A stretch of DNA of 64,000 bases from Spirochaetota bacterium (GTDB lineage: Bacteria; Spirochaetota; UBA4802; JAFGDQ01): positions 1 to 64,000 of the forward strand of contig JAZDKB010000044.1 of the NCBI GenBank assembly GCA_043803405.1, in the 5' to 3' direction. The notes under the pieces were generated by a model, which was given only the letters and a program-made list of their open reading frames with translations, was not told where the DNA came from and did no database searches. Shown here piece by piece: positions 51,065 to 61,762 of the stretch (position 1 is its first letter; each line of letters begins with the position of its first letter). Made by a program: the position numbers and the translations under genes.

Positions 51065-51721
51065 TCACTTTAAAGCGAGCAGTTCTTTTGTCATACGGAT
51101 TCTGCGATCAAGTTCGTCAAATTCATTTTTTTCGATAAGCTTGCTGTCGACAATATATGAAGCTCCGCATGCAATTACTCTTTCGGTTTTCAGATATTCG
51201 GCGATGTTTTTTTCGTTTATACCGCCTGTGGGAACCAGGTAAAAATCCTTCATTTTAAAAGGAGCTGTAATTGCCTTAATGTACTCTGTGCCGCCCATGT
51301 TCGCAGCAGGAAAAATTTTAATGAATTTTAAATCTGCCTTAATTGCAGAGTTAAGTTCGCTAGGAGTCAGGACTCCGGGAATAAAATTAATTTTTTTTGA
51401 CAGGGCATAATTGACTACATCAAAATCCAGTCCTGGAGCCACGCCGAACATAGCACCGGAATCGACGGCTTCTTTAAGCGCATCTGCTGATAATACACTT
51501 CCGGCACCTACGATTAGTTCGGGGAAATTATCCCTGATTTCTTTTAAACATTTAAAAGCTATTGCCGTTCTAAGGGTAATTTCCAGCAGGTTTACTGAGT
51601 TTTTAAGAAGTAATTCCGCAGTTCTGATTGCATTGTTTATATCGCTGAAAACAGCAATCGGAATAACTTTACTTTTTTTAAGTATTTCCAGTAAGTTTAT
51701 ATTTTTAGTTTCGGATAACAT
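51065..51721 (-). CDS. eda: KDPG/KHG aldolase
   Basis: EITLRT, GAGSV, PGVLTPSE, KIFPA and PTGGI motifs. Confidence 0.92.
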   Translation of the reverse strand: MLSETKNINLLEILKKSKVIPIAVFSDINNAIRTAELLLKNSVNLLEITLRTAIAFKCLKEIRDNFPELIVGAGSVLSADALKEAVDSGAMFGVAPGLDFDVVNYALSKKINFIPGVLTPSELNSAIKADLKFIKIFPAANMGGTEYIKAITAPFKMKDFYLVPTGGINEKNIAEYLKTERVIACGASYIVDSKLIEKNEFDELDRRIRMTKELLALK

Positions 51722-52065
51722 AGCTCAATTTGATTGCCGTCTGGATCTAAAAATACTATGCTTTGACCTTTTCTTATGTTTTCCGGTCCGGATACAATAG
51801 GGATTTCCTTTTCTTTCAGTTCATCAACAGCGTCCTCAAAATCATCTTCATCTACAATAAAGCTGACACGGTTTTTTGTATCTCCAGGGTTTTTTAATTT
51901 TTCCGCTTCGTACAGACTAATAATAATATCCCCTTCTTTTATAAAAGCCTGTCCCGAATTGTTTTCAATAACTTCAAAATCAAATAATTCTCTGTAAAAT
52001 TTTATCGAATTTTCTAGATTAGAAACTGTCAGTCCCAAATAATTTATGCTTTCAATTACTATCAT
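51697..52065 (-). CDS. VOC/glyoxalase family protein
   Basis: VSNLE.S.KFY and FLDPDGNQIEL motifs. Confidence 0.88.
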   Translation of the reverse strand: MIVIESINYLGLTVSNLENSIKFYRELFDFEVIENNSGQAFIKEGDIIISLYEAEKLKNPGDTKNRVSFIVDEDDFEDAVDELKEKEIPIVSGPENIRKGQSIVFLDPDGNQIELCYPKLKI

Positions 52066-52309
52066 TATAAGTCTCCGTTGTCTGCGTGAATATATCCTTA
52101 TGCTATCGCTACTGCAATTATTCTTTTATTTTGTTCAATTCCTAATATATATGTTTTAACGTGTCAATAAATATAAATAACAGCCGAGATTTTTCTTGTA
52201 GTTTTTATATATCGGGTCAGTTTAAAGCTTTAAAAATTATTTTGTTTTTTCCGATTTTTAACTCGGGGTGTTTTTATAGACCGTTTACAGGATCTGCGGC
52301 AAACTGTTT

Positions 52310-53122
52310 TCATCCTATTTTACCATAGTCACCGAATATTTCGGAAATCGCATGCTCAATATCCCTTTGCTTCATGAATCTTTCTCCAATTAAAAAACCA
52401 TCTGCTCCGCTGTCCCGTAGAAGGCTAACATCGTCCCTTGAGTTTATTCCGCTTTCCGAAATAATGAGCTTGTCTGAAGGTCTGCCTTCCGAGTTGATTA
52501 TATTTATTGTAGTATGTATGTCTGTAACGAAAGTTTTAAGATCACGGTTATTGATGCCGATCATGTTAAAATTGTTATCCAATGCCCGCCTGTATTCGCT
52601 TGAAGTATGTGTCTCAAAAAGTATTCCTAAGTTCAGATCGAGCGCCGCTTTTCTTAAATCTTCCAGTTCGGAATCCGTTAAAATGGCGGAAATAAAAAGC
52701 ACTGCAGATGCTCCCTCGGCAAATCCTTTGTAGATCTGATATTTATCTATTATGAAATCCTTCATAAGCAATGGTTTGGCTGCTATATCCTTTGCTTTTT
52801 TTAAATACTGGTAGCTCCCCAGAAAATAATCCGGCTCAGTAAGCACTGAAATAGCGTTTACGTAAGAGGATGATTTGTATGCCTGTGCAATTTCGTCGAT
52901 ATTAAAATCTTCCCTGATTAAACCCCTGGAAGGAGAAGCCTTTTTTATCTCTGCGACCAGGAAAGGAATATTTATATTACGCCCACATAAAAAATCGGCA
53001 GGCGCATAGCCGGAAGAAATCAAATCATCTATTTTTTTTCTGATCTTTTTTTCCGGAACCTGCTGTTTTTCTTTTTCCAGCAGCATTCTTCTGTTATTTA
53101 TTATTTTTTCCAGCACTGTCAT
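52310..53122 (-). CDS. trpC: Indole-3-glycerol phosphate synthase
   Basis: AEIKKASPS.G, SVLTEP..F.GS, GINNRDL and SESGI motifs. Confidence 0.95.
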   Translation of the reverse strand: MTVLEKIINNRRMLLEKEKQQVPEKKIRKKIDDLISSGYAPADFLCGRNINIPFLVAEIKKASPSRGLIREDFNIDEIAQAYKSSSYVNAISVLTEPDYFLGSYQYLKKAKDIAAKPLLMKDFIIDKYQIYKGFAEGASAVLFISAILTDSELEDLRKAALDLNLGILFETHTSSEYRRALDNNFNMIGINNRDLKTFVTDIHTTINIINSEGRPSDKLIISESGINSRDDVSLLRDSGADGFLIGERFMKQRDIEHAISEIFGDYGKIG

Positions 53123-53726
53123 TTTCGATCTCTTTAACTTTAATATCCTTCAAATGAATTGTAATAACCTCACCAAGCTTATATGAATCCAGGCTAAAAT
53201 CTTTAAGCCTGCCGGAAACCGAAATAAGCTTTTTTGATCTCACCCATTTTGCTAAAAGCTCGGGTTTTTTTTCAACAATCTTTATAAAAGTATCCTGCTG
53301 AATATCGCCTTTAACCTGCAGCCATCTCCCAAACACGAGATTGCAGTGCAGCTCTTTTTCATATTTTTCTTCCGGAGAGACAAGGACATATTCATAATCG
53401 GTCAAAATTTCTTTGTCAATAATGCTTATCAGATATTTTGTAACGACACGTCTATAGTGTCGTTTGTTTTTTAATAGACCCTGGTTCCATTTGATATAAT
53501 GTTTTCTTAAAATAATGTAGTTATTATATGCATCAGTTGAAGTTTCCGGAATTGCTTTGCCGGAAGTTTCTGCATATACGCAGTTTTTAAAAAAGGAAGA
53601 TGTAAATTTTTTATCGGAATAATAATAAAATCGGCTATTTTTTGCACTCTCAACGAAGATTGCGGTATCCCTGTAAGCGAAGAGAATAAAACAACAAATT
53701 TGTAAAATTATTATTATTTTTTTCAA
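53094..53726 (-). CDS. Hypothetical protein
   Basis: Long ORF with a signal-like N-terminus, overlapping the trpC start. Confidence 0.55.
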   Translation of the reverse strand: MKKIIIILQICCFILFAYRDTAIFVESAKNSRFYYYSDKKFTSSFFKNCVYAETSGKAIPETSTDAYNNYIILRKHYIKWNQGLLKNKRHYRRVVTKYLISIIDKEILTDYEYVLVSPEEKYEKELHCNLVFGRWLQVKGDIQQDTFIKIVEKKPELLAKWVRSKKLISVSGRLKDFSLDSYKLGEVITIHLKDIKVKEIENDSAGKNNK

Positions 53727-53800
53727 GATATTTAAATAGCCATATTTTAATATCAGGAAATTTATTTCAATGTTGTCAAAAAAGATTTTGAAAATAAAAA

Positions 53801-53831
53801 TATATCTACCCCCGAAAAGGGGATAGATATA
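53801..53831 (-). terminator. Terminator after the ferredoxin gene
   Basis: TATATCTACCCCC-GAAA-AGGGGATAGATATA imperfect stem with a T-tract on the minus strand. Confidence 0.6.
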
Positions 53832-53855
53832 TTGATGAATATGAATAATTAAGGA

Positions 53856-54026
53856 TTAACCTTCAACTATTGCTTCATTCGGGCATGAATCTTTGCATGT
53901 GCCGCAGTCAGTGCAGGTTTCCGGATCTATTACGTATTTATCTTCACCTTCTTTTATTGATCCTGACGGACACTCGTCTGCACATACACCACATGACACG
54001 CAATCATCGGTAATCTTATAAGGCAT
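53856..54026 (-). CDS. 2[4Fe-4S] ferredoxin
   Basis: CVSCGVCADECP and CTDCGTCKDSCP. Confidence 0.95.
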   Translation of the reverse strand: MPYKITDDCVSCGVCADECPSGSIKEGEDKYVIDPETCTDCGTCKDSCPNEAIVEG

Positions 54027-54163
54027 GGATTTCCTCCATAAAGTTATCATTTTTTCAAGAATTATATTTAAAATAAATCTTGATTAAAACCAAAAATAAA
54101 GCTTTTTGATTGTTGCTAGGGATTGAAAATAATTTGCAGTTTCTGTCAAGCTTTTTATTAAGA

Positions 54164-54466
54164 TTACTGAATCCTGTTTTTAATAGAATCAGGAATTTGC
54201 GATGCTTTTATTTCGCCGAATCTTTCCTCATATTTTCTGACATTATCACTAAGAGCCTGTAAAATTCTTTTTGCATGCCCCGGAGTCAGTATAATTCTTG
54301 AAACTAGCTTGCCGAAGCCCGGGGGAGGTGTGGGGTTCACGTATAAAAAATCAAGTACGAACTCATCCGGAGAATGCGATATGTTCGCAAAATTTGAAAA
54401 TACTCCCGAAGCAATTGCCTCATCGATTTTTATTTCTATTTTAACGTCTACTGTATCTTTTTCCAT
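54164..54466 (-). CDS. DUF3467 family protein
   Basis: GVFSN...HS..EFVLDF...SRIILTP.HAK...YE.RFGEI. Confidence 0.85.
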   Translation of the reverse strand: MEKDTVDVKIEIKIDEAIASGVFSNFANISHSPDEFVLDFLYVNPTPPPGFGKLVSRIILTPGHAKRILQALSDNVRKYEERFGEIKASQIPDSIKNRIQ

Positions 54467-54850
54467 TTTTGCTCCATATATGTTTTATTTAAACATTATA
54501 ATACTAAAGTTGTTTTCCTAACTTTTTCAAGCAATTATTTTTTCCTTCTATAGCATAGCACAAAATTTCCATGTTATAGTATGAAAACATTAAGTACCAG
54601 GTATGCTGCAGCAATTATTATTACCTTTTGAGTTTAATGGTCGGCAGCGATATTATAACCGGAAAATACACCCCATAGATAGATAATATATTTTTGTATT
54701 TTTATTTGTATCTTAATAATTTAGGATACATTTATTTTTTTTAAAAAAAAGAGAAAATTTTTGCTGAAAAATATTTTTTTTGAAATATTTTATTGACAAT
54801 TTTTCATTGGATGTTAATCATGGTTCATCCTTTGATAAATGAGTTAAAAT

Positions 54851-55222
54851 ATGATAAACTATTGGTATTTCTTTTTATTCTTTATCATTGCTGTTGCCTT
54901 TTCAATAGGTTTGCTGCTGGCAATAGCCCTTATTCGTTTTAAACGAAATGTCCACGGAGATAAAACATTCCCTTACGAATGCGGAGTCGATCCCATTACA
55001 GAGGGAGCGAGGGACGCTTACTCGATAAGATTTTATCTTCTTACTCTTGTTTTTGTAATCTTCGATGTTGAAACTCTTTTTCTATTCCCATGGGCAGTAA
55101 TTCACGATAAACTTAAATGGTTCGGTTTTATTGAAATAACAATTTTTATTGTCATATTATTATTCGGTTATTTATACGCATGGAAAGCCGATGCGCTTGA
55201 TTTCAGGAGGAACATTGACTGA
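54851..55222 (+). CDS. nuoA: Complex I subunit A
   Basis: YECG and FDVE..FLFPWA motifs. Confidence 0.93.
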   Translation: MINYWYFFLFFIIAVAFSIGLLLAIALIRFKRNVHGDKTFPYECGVDPITEGARDAYSIRFYLLTLVFVIFDVETLFLFPWAVIHDKLKWFGFIEITIFIVILLFGYLYAWKADALDFRRNID

Positions 55223-55718
55223 TAAAATTGAAAAAATGCCATTCATTTTAACCACATTGGATAAAGTGATTACATGGGCACAAAAGAATTCCGTATGGCC
55301 GTTCGGCTCAGGACTTGCGTGTTGTGCTATTGAAATGGTTGCGACTGCTGCAGCTCGTTATGATATTTCCCGTTTCGGAATGGAAGTCTTCAGGGCTTCC
55401 CCAAGGCAGTGCGATCTTTTTATTGTTGCCGGAACAGTTACTAAAAAAATGGCACCTGTTATCAGGCGCTTGTGGGAGCAGATACCTGATCCCAAATGGG
55501 TTGTCGCAATGGGAAACTGCGCAATATCCGGCGGACCGTTTCCGACATACTCGGTGCTTCAGGGGGTTGATAAAATTATTCCGGTTGATGTATATATATC
55601 AGGGTGCCCGCCGACACCGCAGGGATTGCTTCACGGTTTAATGACTCTGCAGAAGAAAATAGCGACAGAACATCCGACAAAGGAGATATTTAGCGTCCAT
55701 GATAGACCAAATTGTTAA
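55215..55718 (+). CDS. nuoB: Complex I subunit B
   Basis: [13 protein letters not shown] and GCPP motifs; TTG start after AGGAGG inferred. Confidence 0.93.
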   Translation: MTDKIEKMPFILTTLDKVITWAQKNSVWPFGSGLACCAIEMVATAAARYDISRFGMEVFRASPRQCDLFIVAGTVTKKMAPVIRRLWEQIPDPKWVVAMGNCAISGGPFPTYSVLQGVDKIIPVDVYISGCPPTPQGLLHGLMTLQKKIATEHPTKEIFSVHDRPNC

Positions 55719-56187
55719 ATTTCCGGCATTGGAAGAAATATATCGTTCTATTGAATCCGGCTTTAAAGACTCAATAATAGAAAGCAAATTTGAGAAAGAT
55801 GAGCTTTCCGTAAAAATTAAAAAAGACGATCTTCCAAAAATAATACAATTTTTAATAGCTGAAAAAGGTTTTAATGCTCTTAACGATATAATAGCGCTTG
55901 ATAATCTTTCCAGTATGAAACAAGGACAAAAGCGTTTTTCAGTACTTTATCAACTTTATAAATTTCCAGCGTATCTGCGTATACGTCTGATAGTTGATGT
56001 AGATGCAGGGGAATCGGTTGAATCTATTTATAAATTTTTCAAAGCATCGGATTGGGCGGAACGCGAAATATACGATATGTTCGGGATTAGTTTTAACGGC
56101 CATCCGGATCTGAAAAGGATTTATATGCCGAATAATTTTACCGAATTTCCATTACGTAAGGATTTTCCATTAGAGGGGAAAAACTAG
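55699..56187 (+). CDS. nuoC: Complex I subunit C
   Basis: [18 protein letters not shown]...PLRKDFP. Confidence 0.93.
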   Translation: MIDQIVKFPALEEIYRSIESGFKDSIIESKFEKDELSVKIKKDDLPKIIQFLIAEKGFNALNDIIALDNLSSMKQGQKRFSVLYQLYKFPAYLRIRLIVDVDAGESVESIYKFFKASDWAEREIYDMFGISFNGHPDLKRIYMPNNFTEFPLRKDFPLEGKN

Positions 56188-57281
56188 TGGCTTTCAAATT
56201 AATTGAAATAAATATGGGACCTCAGCATCCTTCCACACATGGGGTGCTGCAACTTAAGCTTACGGTTGACAATGAAGTAGTTCTAAAGGTTGAGCCCGTT
56301 ATCGGTTATTTGCACAGGGGTATGGAAAAGTTATGGGAAAACCGAACTTACACTCAAATACTTCCCTTTACCGACCGTCTTGATTATCTGGCAGCTATTT
56401 CTAATAATTTAGGTTATGTTCTTGCAGTAGAAAAATTGCTAGGACTTGAGATTCCAAAACGTGCACAATATATTCGGGTAATATTAACTGAGCTTCAGCG
56501 AATTGCCTCGCATATAGCATGGGTCGGATTTATGGCAAATGATATAGGCGCTGCTTCTGTATTGTTATATACTTTTGATGAACGCGAAGATATTCTTGAA
56601 ATATTCGAAGAATATGTTGGAGCAAGGCTAACCATTAATGCAATGCGCATTGGCGGCGTTCCATTTGATATAAGTGAAAACATAATAGCGAGAATCAATA
56701 AGTGCCTTGTTGAAATACCTAAAAAGATTAAAGATATAGAACGACTGCTTAGTGCAAATCGTATCTGGCTTCATAGAACAAAAAATATCGGCGTCATGAG
56801 CGGGGAAGCTGCAATGAATTTTGGAATTACCGGCCCATGCCTGCGCGCGTCCGGTGTTAAGTGGGACATCCGTAAAAATATCCCGTATTCATCTTACGAA
56901 GATTTTGATTTTGATATAGCTTATGGTACTAATTGCGATGTTTATGATAGATATGCTGTACGTCTTGAAGAAATGCACCAGAGTATGCGTATAATACGTC
57001 AGGCAATCGATAAACTACCAGCTGGCGAAATCCAGACAAAAGTGCCAAAAGTATTAAAAGTACCTGCCGGAGAGGTTTTTTATAGTATAGAAAATCCGAA
57101 AGGCGAGCTTGGCTTTTATATAAAGTCTAATGGAACCGACAAGCCTGAAAGAGTAAAAATGAAATCACCTTCCTTTATAAATATGCAGGCACTGGAAACG
57201 ATGTGTAAGGGATACCTTTTTGCAGATGTCGTTGCGATTCTTGGTTCGCTTGACATAGTACTTGGAGAGATAGACAAATGA
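56187..57281 (+). CDS. nuoD: Complex I subunit D
   Basis: GPQHPSTHGVL and GYLHRG.EK motifs; no NiFe-binding CxxC. Confidence 0.95.
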   Translation: MAFKLIEINMGPQHPSTHGVLQLKLTVDNEVVLKVEPVIGYLHRGMEKLWENRTYTQILPFTDRLDYLAAISNNLGYVLAVEKLLGLEIPKRAQYIRVILTELQRIASHIAWVGFMANDIGAASVLLYTFDEREDILEIFEEYVGARLTINAMRIGGVPFDISENIIARINKCLVEIPKKIKDIERLLSANRIWLHRTKNIGVMSGEAAMNFGITGPCLRASGVKWDIRKNIPYSSYEDFDFDIAYGTNCDVYDRYAVRLEEMHQSMRIIRQAIDKLPAGEIQTKVPKVLKVPAGEVFYSIENPKGELGFYIKSNGTDKPERVKMKSPSFINMQALETMCKGYLFADVVAILGSLDIVLGEIDK

Positions 57282-58315
57282 TAGATATTGATACTATAAT
57301 ATATGAGTTTATCATACCGGTTATTAAGATAATTGTCGCTATTCTGTTCCCAATGCTTATGGTAATTGCAATGGTGTGGATTGAAAGAAGGGTAATTGCA
57401 ATTATACAGGAAAGATTAGGACCAAACAGGGTAGGTTTTCAGGGTGTTCTTCAGCCAATTGCAGATGCAATAAAGCTTTTTTTTAAAGAAGATATTGTTC
57501 CCAGAGATGCAGATAAATTGACATATAGGGTCGCTCCAATATTAGTGTTGGGATCAACACTGCTCGCCTTCTGTTTTATTCCTTTCGGTACAACAATGCA
57601 AATAGGAACGTATAATCTAACATTCTGGGTAGCGGAGACTCCGGTAGGTTTACTGCTCGTTTTGGGCATTTCATCGCTTGCGGTTCTTGGTATAATATTT
57701 GCGGGATGGTCGTCAAACTCTAAATATCCGCTGATGGGAGCATTACGTGGGGTTGTTCAGCTTTTAAGTTATGAAATTCCGATGGCATTAACTGTGTTGA
57801 CGGTTGTTTTTATGACACAGTCCATGAATCTTATAGATATAGTAAATAAACAAAATGAAATGCAGATATGGTATGCTTTTTTAATGCCTGTTTCATGTGT
57901 AGTATTCTGGATAGCGGTTGTTGCTGATACAAATCGCTGTCCTTTCGACTTACCTGAAGGAGAATCTGAGTTGGTTGCGGGATTCCATACTGAATATTCA
58001 GGTCTTAAATTCGGATATTTCTATATGGGTGAATATGCGCATATGGTGCTGGCATCTTCTTTAATGGTCACATTGTTTTTCGGCGGCGGGCTGCCACCTT
58101 TTGCGAATGTTAAATTTCTTTCATTCCTTCACTATGTTCCAGGATTTGTATGGTATATAATGAAAATATTATTCTTTTTGTACTTTTATGTATGGATAAG
58201 GGGAACGTACCCCCGTTATAGGTTTGATGAATTGATTAAACTTGCGTGGAAATGGCTTATTCCGCTTTCAATATTAAATATTCTTGTTGTTGCATTTATC
58301 AGGTTGAGCATATGA
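57278..58315 (+). CDS. nuoH: Complex I subunit H
   Basis: GPNRVG..G.LQPIADAIKL and PFDLPE.ESELV.G motifs. Confidence 0.95.
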   Translation: MIDIDTIIYEFIIPVIKIIVAILFPMLMVIAMVWIERRVIAIIQERLGPNRVGFQGVLQPIADAIKLFFKEDIVPRDADKLTYRVAPILVLGSTLLAFCFIPFGTTMQIGTYNLTFWVAETPVGLLLVLGISSLAVLGIIFAGWSSNSKYPLMGALRGVVQLLSYEIPMALTVLTVVFMTQSMNLIDIVNKQNEMQIWYAFLMPVSCVVFWIAVVADTNRCPFDLPEGESELVAGFHTEYSGLKFGYFYMGEYAHMVLASSLMVTLFFGGGLPPFANVKFLSFLHYVPGFVWYIMKILFFLYFYVWIRGTYPRYRFDELIKLAWKWLIPLSILNILVVAFIRLSI

Positions 58316-58770
58316 TAAAATTTATTAAAAAGATATTCTTAATAGAACTAATACAGGGCTTGCTTGTAACTTTAAAATATACATTATTGCCGAAGGCAAC
58401 AATTCAGTATCCGGAGAAAGTAAAAGAGCCATCTGAGCGTTTCAGAGGTATTGTGCGGCTTTATCGTGATGAAGAAGGAAAGCAGTTATGTATAGCATGC
58501 AAAATGTGTCAGCGCGCATGCCCGCAATATTGTTTTGATATAGAAGGCCAGAAAGATGAGAGCAACAAAATGCGGCCGGTAAAGTTTGATTGGAAACTTG
58601 AACGTTGCAGTTTTTGCGGATTATGCGCTGAAGCATGCCCTACAGGCGCTATTCGCTCATCAAAAGAATTCCGTCTTGCGACACTGGACAGATCAAAGCT
58701 TCTGTTGCATTTGCCGGAAATGTATTGTGATTTCGATCTGCAAAAACATTTATTAGACGATTTAAAATAA
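58312..58770 (+). CDS. nuoI: Complex I subunit I
   Basis: Two CxxCxxCxxxCP motifs. Confidence 0.93.
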   Translation: MIKFIKKIFLIELIQGLLVTLKYTLLPKATIQYPEKVKEPSERFRGIVRLYRDEEGKQLCIACKMCQRACPQYCFDIEGQKDESNKMRPVKFDWKLERCSFCGLCAEACPTGAIRSSKEFRLATLDRSKLLLHLPEMYCDFDLQKHLLDDLK

Positions 58771-58874
58771 TAATTGAAGATTCATTTTAATAACGATTAT
58801 TTTGAAATAAAGTTATAAATTTTTTAACAGTTTAATTAATCTATATGCAGGCTGTTTTTTAAGGAGAAGATATA

Positions 58875-59381
58875 ATGATTTCCAATATAATTTTCATATT
58901 TTTTGCCGTGTTATCAGTTATTTGTTCGTTGCTGGTAATTCTCCAAAAAAATGTTATGCATAGTGTATTATATTTGGCATTTACAGTACTTACAATTGCA
59001 GGAATATTTTTTACTCTACAGGCTGAATTTTTAGGTGCAGTTCAGATACTTGTTTATGCAGGCGGAATTGTTGTTCTTTATCTCTTTGTTATCATCATCG
59101 TTAATTTGAAAGAAATTAAAGTTGAGAAGAGAAAAATATTTCCCAAATTTTTTATATTTAGTACCGCGGCACTGTTCTTAATAGAAATGTTATATATTTT
59201 ATTCAAGAATCAAATTGTTATAAATCCGGCTGTTGAATCCGGAATGGACATTAATTCATTGGCAGAAATGTTGCTTTCAAAATATATAGTACCATTTGAA
59301 ATCGCGTCAATTCTGTTGCTTGCAGTGCTAATTGGTTCCATAATAATTGCTAGAAGGACGTTATTGCATGATCCCGATTAA
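58875..59381 (+). CDS. nuoJ: Complex I subunit J
   Basis: AEFL...QILVYAG.I.VL and PFE..S.LLL motifs. Confidence 0.93.
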   Translation: MISNIIFIFFAVLSVICSLLVILQKNVMHSVLYLAFTVLTIAGIFFTLQAEFLGAVQILVYAGGIVVLYLFVIIIVNLKEIKVEKRKIFPKFFIFSTAALFLIEMLYILFKNQIVINPAVESGMDINSLAEMLLSKYIVPFEIASILLLAVLIGSIIIARRTLLHDPD

Positions 59382-59670
59382 TCAAATCATTGGTCTTGGA
59401 CTTATAATATTCTTTATTGGACTATTCGGTGTTTTATTCCGAAAGAACCTCATAATTATTCTTATGGCTCTTGAATTAGTTCTAAACGGAATAAATATAA
59501 TCTTAGTAGGTATAAGTTATTATATGAAATCGCCCATTGGTTCAATATTTGCGGTTTTTGTTATAATGATTGCAGTTGCTGAAGCGGCAATAGGTTTTGC
59601 GCTTGCGTTATCATATTTCAGACATAAAACGACTTATGATCTTGATGAGATCAGCGAATTAAAAGGTTAA
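59368..59670 (+). CDS. nuoK: Complex I subunit K
   Basis: LM.LEL.LN and AEAAIG motifs. Confidence 0.93.
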   Translation: MIPINQIIGLGLIIFFIGLFGVLFRKNLIIILMALELVLNGINIILVGISYYMKSPIGSIFAVFVIMIAVAEAAIGFALALSYFRHKTTYDLDEISELKG

Positions 59671-59674
59671 AGAC

Positions 59675-61675
59675 ATGTTCTATCTGATTCCTGTTTTTCC
59701 ACTAATTGGAGTATTATTAAATGGACTTTTTGGAATTAAATATTTTCCTAAAAAACTTGTCCATTCAATTGCAGTTGCTGGTATAGGTTTAAGTTTTATA
59801 TTTTCAGTTATCAGTTTTTTTCAAATTGCAAACTCGACAGAACCATACTTAATAAAAACATTATTCACTTGGGTACCGGCAAGTATAGTAAATCTTTCAA
59901 ATAACGGTGCCACCTCTTTTGTAATAGATTTCGCATTCAGATTCGACTCGCTTACATCAGTAATGACACTGGTAGTTACGGGTGTTGGACTTCTCATACA
60001 TATATATTCAATCGGTTACATGGCTCATGATGCAAGTTATGCCCGTTTCTTTACTTACTTAAATCTTTTTTCTTTCGCAATGCTTATCCTGGTACTTGGT
60101 GCCAATCTGGCAATCATGTTTATTGGGTGGGAAGGTGTCGGGCTTTGTTCTTACCTGCTGATTGGTTTTTGGTTTAATAAAGATTCTGCTGCAAATGCAG
60201 GGAAAAAGGCTTTCATTACAAATAGAGTGGGGGACTTTGGATTTTTGATCGGAATTGGATTTTTAATTTATTATTTTGGCACTATTGACGTTGCACAAAT
60301 ATCAACTCTTGTAGAGGGCGGGAATATAACAAAGGAAACAGCAACTATAATTGCATTGTGCCTTTTTGTCGGTGCTACGGGGAAATCAGCACAGATACCA
60401 TTATATACCTGGTTGCCCGATGCTATGGAAGGTCCCACTCCAGTTTCAGCACTTATCCATGCTGCTACAATGGTTACAGCCGGTGTTTACATGGTAGCTC
60501 GAATGAACGTATTATTCACTTATTCCGGAACAGCTCTTGCAGTTGTTGCTCTTGTCGGAGTAATAACGGCAGTTTATGCTGCAACAATGGGTTTTGTTCA
60601 GACTGATATTAAGCGGGTTCTGGCTTACTCAACGATATCTCAGATAGGTTATATGTTTGTTGGACTTGGAGTAGGTGCGTATGCAGCCGGTGTTTTTCAT
60701 CTAATGACACATGCTTTCTTTAAAAGCTTACTCTTCCTTTCGGCAGGAAGCGTAATTCATGCTATGTCCGGCCAGCAGGATATGCGTAAGATGGGTGGAC
60801 TTAGAAAACATATACCAAAAACCTTTTTAGTAATGTTTGTTGCTACTCTCGCCATATCAGGTATACCCGGCTTTTCAGGCTTTTTCTCAAAAGATGAAAT
60901 ACTTGCTTCGGCGTATGCATCCGGTAATTATTTAGTTTGGGCACTTGGGGTTGTTGGCGCAGGAATGACTGCATTTTATATGTTCAGGCTTATTTTCATG
61001 ACATTTTATGGAGATGAAAGAATTGACCATGAAGCTAAACATCATTTGCATGAATCACCTAATGTAATGATTAAACCTTTACAAGTACTTGCAATTCTAT
61101 CGTTCATTGGCGGATATGTCGGATTACCTCACATATTCGGTGGGCATAACTGGTTTGGACAATTTTTATCAAATACGGTCGGTCATCATGAGCTGGGATT
61201 GTCCGCACAAACTGAAATTTTACTTATGGCAGTATCTGTGGGGATCGGATTCTTTGGCATCTTAATGGCTTACATAATTTATGTAAAACTGAAAGGTCGT
61301 CCTGCAGAATCGCTAGCAGAGAAATTTAAAATATTCTATAAACTTGTTCTAAATAAATACTTTATTGATGAAATTTATAATGGATTATTTGTTGGTGGTG
61401 CTATGAAACTTGGGACTCTACTCGGTAAATTTGACCTAGGAATAATAGATGGGATCGTAAATGGAGTAGCATCCTTAGTAAGAAAGATCTCTACAGGATC
61501 TATGGCTATTGACAGCCATGTTGTTGACGGAGCAGTAAATGGAGTCGGCTCAATAAATAACTTTTTCTCTAAAATATTAAAAAGATTCCAAACTGGATAT
61601 GTATACAATTACGCATTGTCGATAGTTATTGGTGTAGTAATAATACTTACATTGACGGTAATTGTTTATAATTAA
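59675..61675 (+). CDS. nuoL: Complex I subunit L
   Basis: WLPDAMEGPTPVSALIHAATMV. Confidence 0.95.
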   Translation: MFYLIPVFPLIGVLLNGLFGIKYFPKKLVHSIAVAGIGLSFIFSVISFFQIANSTEPYLIKTLFTWVPASIVNLSNNGATSFVIDFAFRFDSLTSVMTLVVTGVGLLIHIYSIGYMAHDASYARFFTYLNLFSFAMLILVLGANLAIMFIGWEGVGLCSYLLIGFWFNKDSAANAGKKAFITNRVGDFGFLIGIGFLIYYFGTIDVAQISTLVEGGNITKETATIIALCLFVGATGKSAQIPLYTWLPDAMEGPTPVSALIHAATMVTAGVYMVARMNVLFTYSGTALAVVALVGVITAVYAATMGFVQTDIKRVLAYSTISQIGYMFVGLGVGAYAAGVFHLMTHAFFKSLLFLSAGSVIHAMSGQQDMRKMGGLRKHIPKTFLVMFVATLAISGIPGFSGFFSKDEILASAYASGNYLVWALGVVGAGMTAFYMFRLIFMTFYGDERIDHEAKHHLHESPNVMIKPLQVLAILSFIGGYVGLPHIFGGHNWFGQFLSNTVGHHELGLSAQTEILLMAVSVGIGFFGILMAYIIYVKLKGRPAESLAEKFKIFYKLVLNKYFIDEIYNGLFVGGAMKLGTLLGKFDLGIIDGIVNGVASLVRKISTGSMAIDSHVVDGAVNGVGSINNFFSKILKRFQTGYVYNYALSIVIGVVIILTLTVIVYN

Positions 61676-61762
61676 ATATACTATCATTAAACTATTTGTT
61701 TAATAAATAGTTTAGATAATGAATAGACGAATTTATTATAATTGAACATTTAAGGAGAAGTC

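Noticed and set aside
52260..52325. trpF remnant after trpC
   Set aside because: Only ATG-GTA-AAA before a stop, with no further recognisable similarity
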